Source: Verrucomicrobiota bacterium
GTDB lineage: Bacteria; Verrucomicrobiota; Verrucomicrobiia; Limisphaerales; UBA8199
Reading direction: 5' to 3'
Assembly: GCA_039806935.1 (NCBI GenBank)
Contig: JBDHQH010000006.1
Coordinates: 1-63,553 of the forward strand
Length of the DNA: 63,553 nt
Shown here: positions 61,978 to 63,553 of the stretch, in pieces
Numbering within the stretch: the stretch's first letter is position 1
Layout of the letters: every line of letters starts with the position of its first letter
Made by a program: the position numbers and the translations under genes
The notes under the pieces: model-generated
What the model was told of the DNA's origin: nothing
Seen by the model: only the letters and a program-made list of their open reading frames with translations
The model's database searches: none

Positions 61978-63553
61978 ATGAAAAACCAAACCATCAAAGC
62001 TCGCTCCGCTCAGCGCCGGCGGTTTCTTCCGGCCGCGCTGCTCACTTTCGCCATAGCCGCCCAACCAGGCGAGGCGGCCACCTACTACTTTGACAACGAC
62101 TCGGCGTCCCCCGGCTTTGGAACCGCCGGCGGCACCTGGGCAGCGCCCACATCGGGGCCAATACCGGGCTGGAGCACCGATTCCACTGGCGCTTCCACGC
62201 CCGGCTCGGTGACCACGACGCTCTCCGATTGGTTAAATTTCGGTTCCGAGGCAGCCGGTCTGGGCGCGGGCACGATCACCCTGGAGGGCGCGTTGAGCGC
62301 CAGCAATATGACTTTCGCCGCCGGCTCCGGCCACATCACTCTGACCGGAGGATCACTTGCCCTGCCGGCAACCGCGGTGATCAGCGTGAACAATAGCGCG
62401 GATACCATCGCTTCGCCGCTGGCCGGGGCGGCAACCTCCCTCGCCAAGGAGGGTCCGGGAACGCTTCTCCTGTCCGGCCCCAATGCGGTAGCCGGAGCGG
62501 TGGCCATCAACCGCGGCGAACTGCAACTCAACTCGGGATCGTTGAATCTCGGCAATAACGCCGTGAGCATCGCCTCCGGCTCCGGCCGCACGGCGGTCCT
62601 CCATATTCTTAACGGCAACTTTACGAATGCGGCCACCAGCACGGTGGGATCTGGAACGGACAACGCCGTTGGCATAATCAAAATCAACGGCGGCAACTTT
62701 GTCAAAACCGCCGGCAATCTGAACTTAAGCGGAGGCGCCGCGGGGCGGGCGAATTACAGCGCCTTGCTCATGTCCGAAGGTTATGCCGCGGTTGCCGGCG
62801 AATTCAACATGACGTATAACTCCCTCGACGCGGCCAGTTACATTCAGTTAACGGGGGGGCTTTTGGTCACGAGCAATTACTGCACGGTGGGCCGTGAGGG
62901 ATCAGGGACCCTCGATATCGCCGGAGGGACTTTTTTCCGCCCCGCGACAGCCGCCAACAAGTTCTACATGAACCGCTCCGCCGGCAGCTTTTCGCAACTG
63001 GCAATTCGGAACGGAGGCGTCCTGGACATCGAGGACAGTTTTGGCCTGGCGTTCGCCAATAGCGCAAACAACGCCGGATCGGGGGTCGTGAATCTGTTGT
63101 CGGGAGGCCTGCTGATTAGCCGCGCGGGGGTGATTTGGAACGGGAAAGGCATTACCTACGGCTATTTTAATTTTAATGGCGGCGTTCTGCGGGCCAGCGG
63201 GGGGTCAGCCCGGTTTTGGACGAATAGCTGGACGGCCTGCTATGTGTTCGCTGGCGGAGCGACGATTGACTCGCAAGCCAATGATCTCACCATTGATCAG
63301 CCTCTTCTCGCACCATCCGGGAACGGGGTGACTTCCATCGCAGGAGGGGCAGGCGAAGGCTATCTGGCGCCACCCGTGGTTCAACTCCTGGGAGGTGGCG
63401 GCACGGGCGCCTCCGCGATCGCCCAACTCGATCCAATCGGCGTCATCACCAACATTCTGGTCACCAACCCCGGTGTGGATTACACCAGCGCGCCCACCGT
63501 TGCGTTGCTCGGCGGCGGCGGCGTCGCCCACGGCTGGACCGCCGTCATCGGGC
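61978..63553 (+). CDS. Large secreted autotransporter-associated beta-strand repeat protein (partial, runs off the window)
   Basis: Not in ORF track because no stop; hand-translated MKNQTIKARSAQRRRFLPAALLTFAIAAQPGEA..., repeat LAKEGPGTLLLSGPNAVAGAVAINRGELQL, FNFNGGVLRA...GGATIDS; Gly/Ala/Thr/Asn-rich. Confidence 0.88.
   Translation, partial: MKNQTIKARSAQRRRFLPAALLTFAIAAQPGEAATYYFDNDSASPGFGTAGGTWAAPTSGPIPGWSTDSTGASTPGSVTTTLSDWLNFGSEAAGLGAGTITLEGALSASNMTFAAGSGHITLTGGSLALPATAVISVNNSADTIASPLAGAATSLAKEGPGTLLLSGPNAVAGAVAINRGELQLNSGSLNLGNNAVSIASGSGRTAVLHILNGNFTNAATSTVGSGTDNAVGIIKINGGNFVKTAGNLNLSGGAAGRANYSALLMSEGYAAVAGEFNMTYNSLDAASYIQLTGGLLVTSNYCTVGREGSGTLDIAGGTFFRPATAANKFYMNRSAGSFSQLAIRNGGVLDIEDSFGLAFANSANNAGSGVVNLLSGGLLISRAGVIWNGKGITYGYFNFNGGVLRASGGSARFWTNSWTACYVFAGGATIDSQANDLTIDQPLLAPSGNGVTSIAGGAGEGYLAPPVVQLLGGGGTGASAIAQLDPIGVITNILVTNPGVDYTSAPTVALLGGGGVAHGWTAVIG

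Overview
High-GC bacterial chromosome segment, most likely Verrucomicrobiota (Pedosphaera/Limisphaera-like). This is inferred from a prepilin/H-X9-DG gene, a GntR-HTH/LacI-type regulator, an autotransporter-repeat protein and the C-terminal domain of a secreted amidase. I saw no rRNA, tRNA, CRISPR array or transposase. About 55 CDS are supported, mostly housekeeping (ilvBN, gdhA, cysK, pncB, aroC, aroB, bioB, hisC, hisH, argA, argJ, sufBC, rpsT, lysS, glnS, sodA). Most notable: (1) a sialic-acid operon (nanA-nanM-sialidase-MFS) and a neighbouring prepilin/H-X9-DG + lipoprotein + autotransporter-repeat cassette are each preceded by the same palindrome, AACTGG-N13-CCAGT, at the same distance from a putative promoter, with a GntR/LacI-type regulator between them, suggesting one glycan-foraging regulon; (2) a translationally coupled corrinoid-reactivation operon (RACo-type activator, MetH reactivation-like domain fused to an unrecognised Cys-rich domain, small hypothetical) converges on a stand-alone homocysteine methyltransferase domain; (3) an unannotated Val-rich leader peptide and attenuator precede ilvBN; (4) BioB has non-canonical auxiliary-cluster ligands; (5) a Fur-family gene with a perfect 7-1-7 box heads sufB-sufC, with no sufD or sufS here. 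All calls come from reading motifs by eye; no database searches were run.
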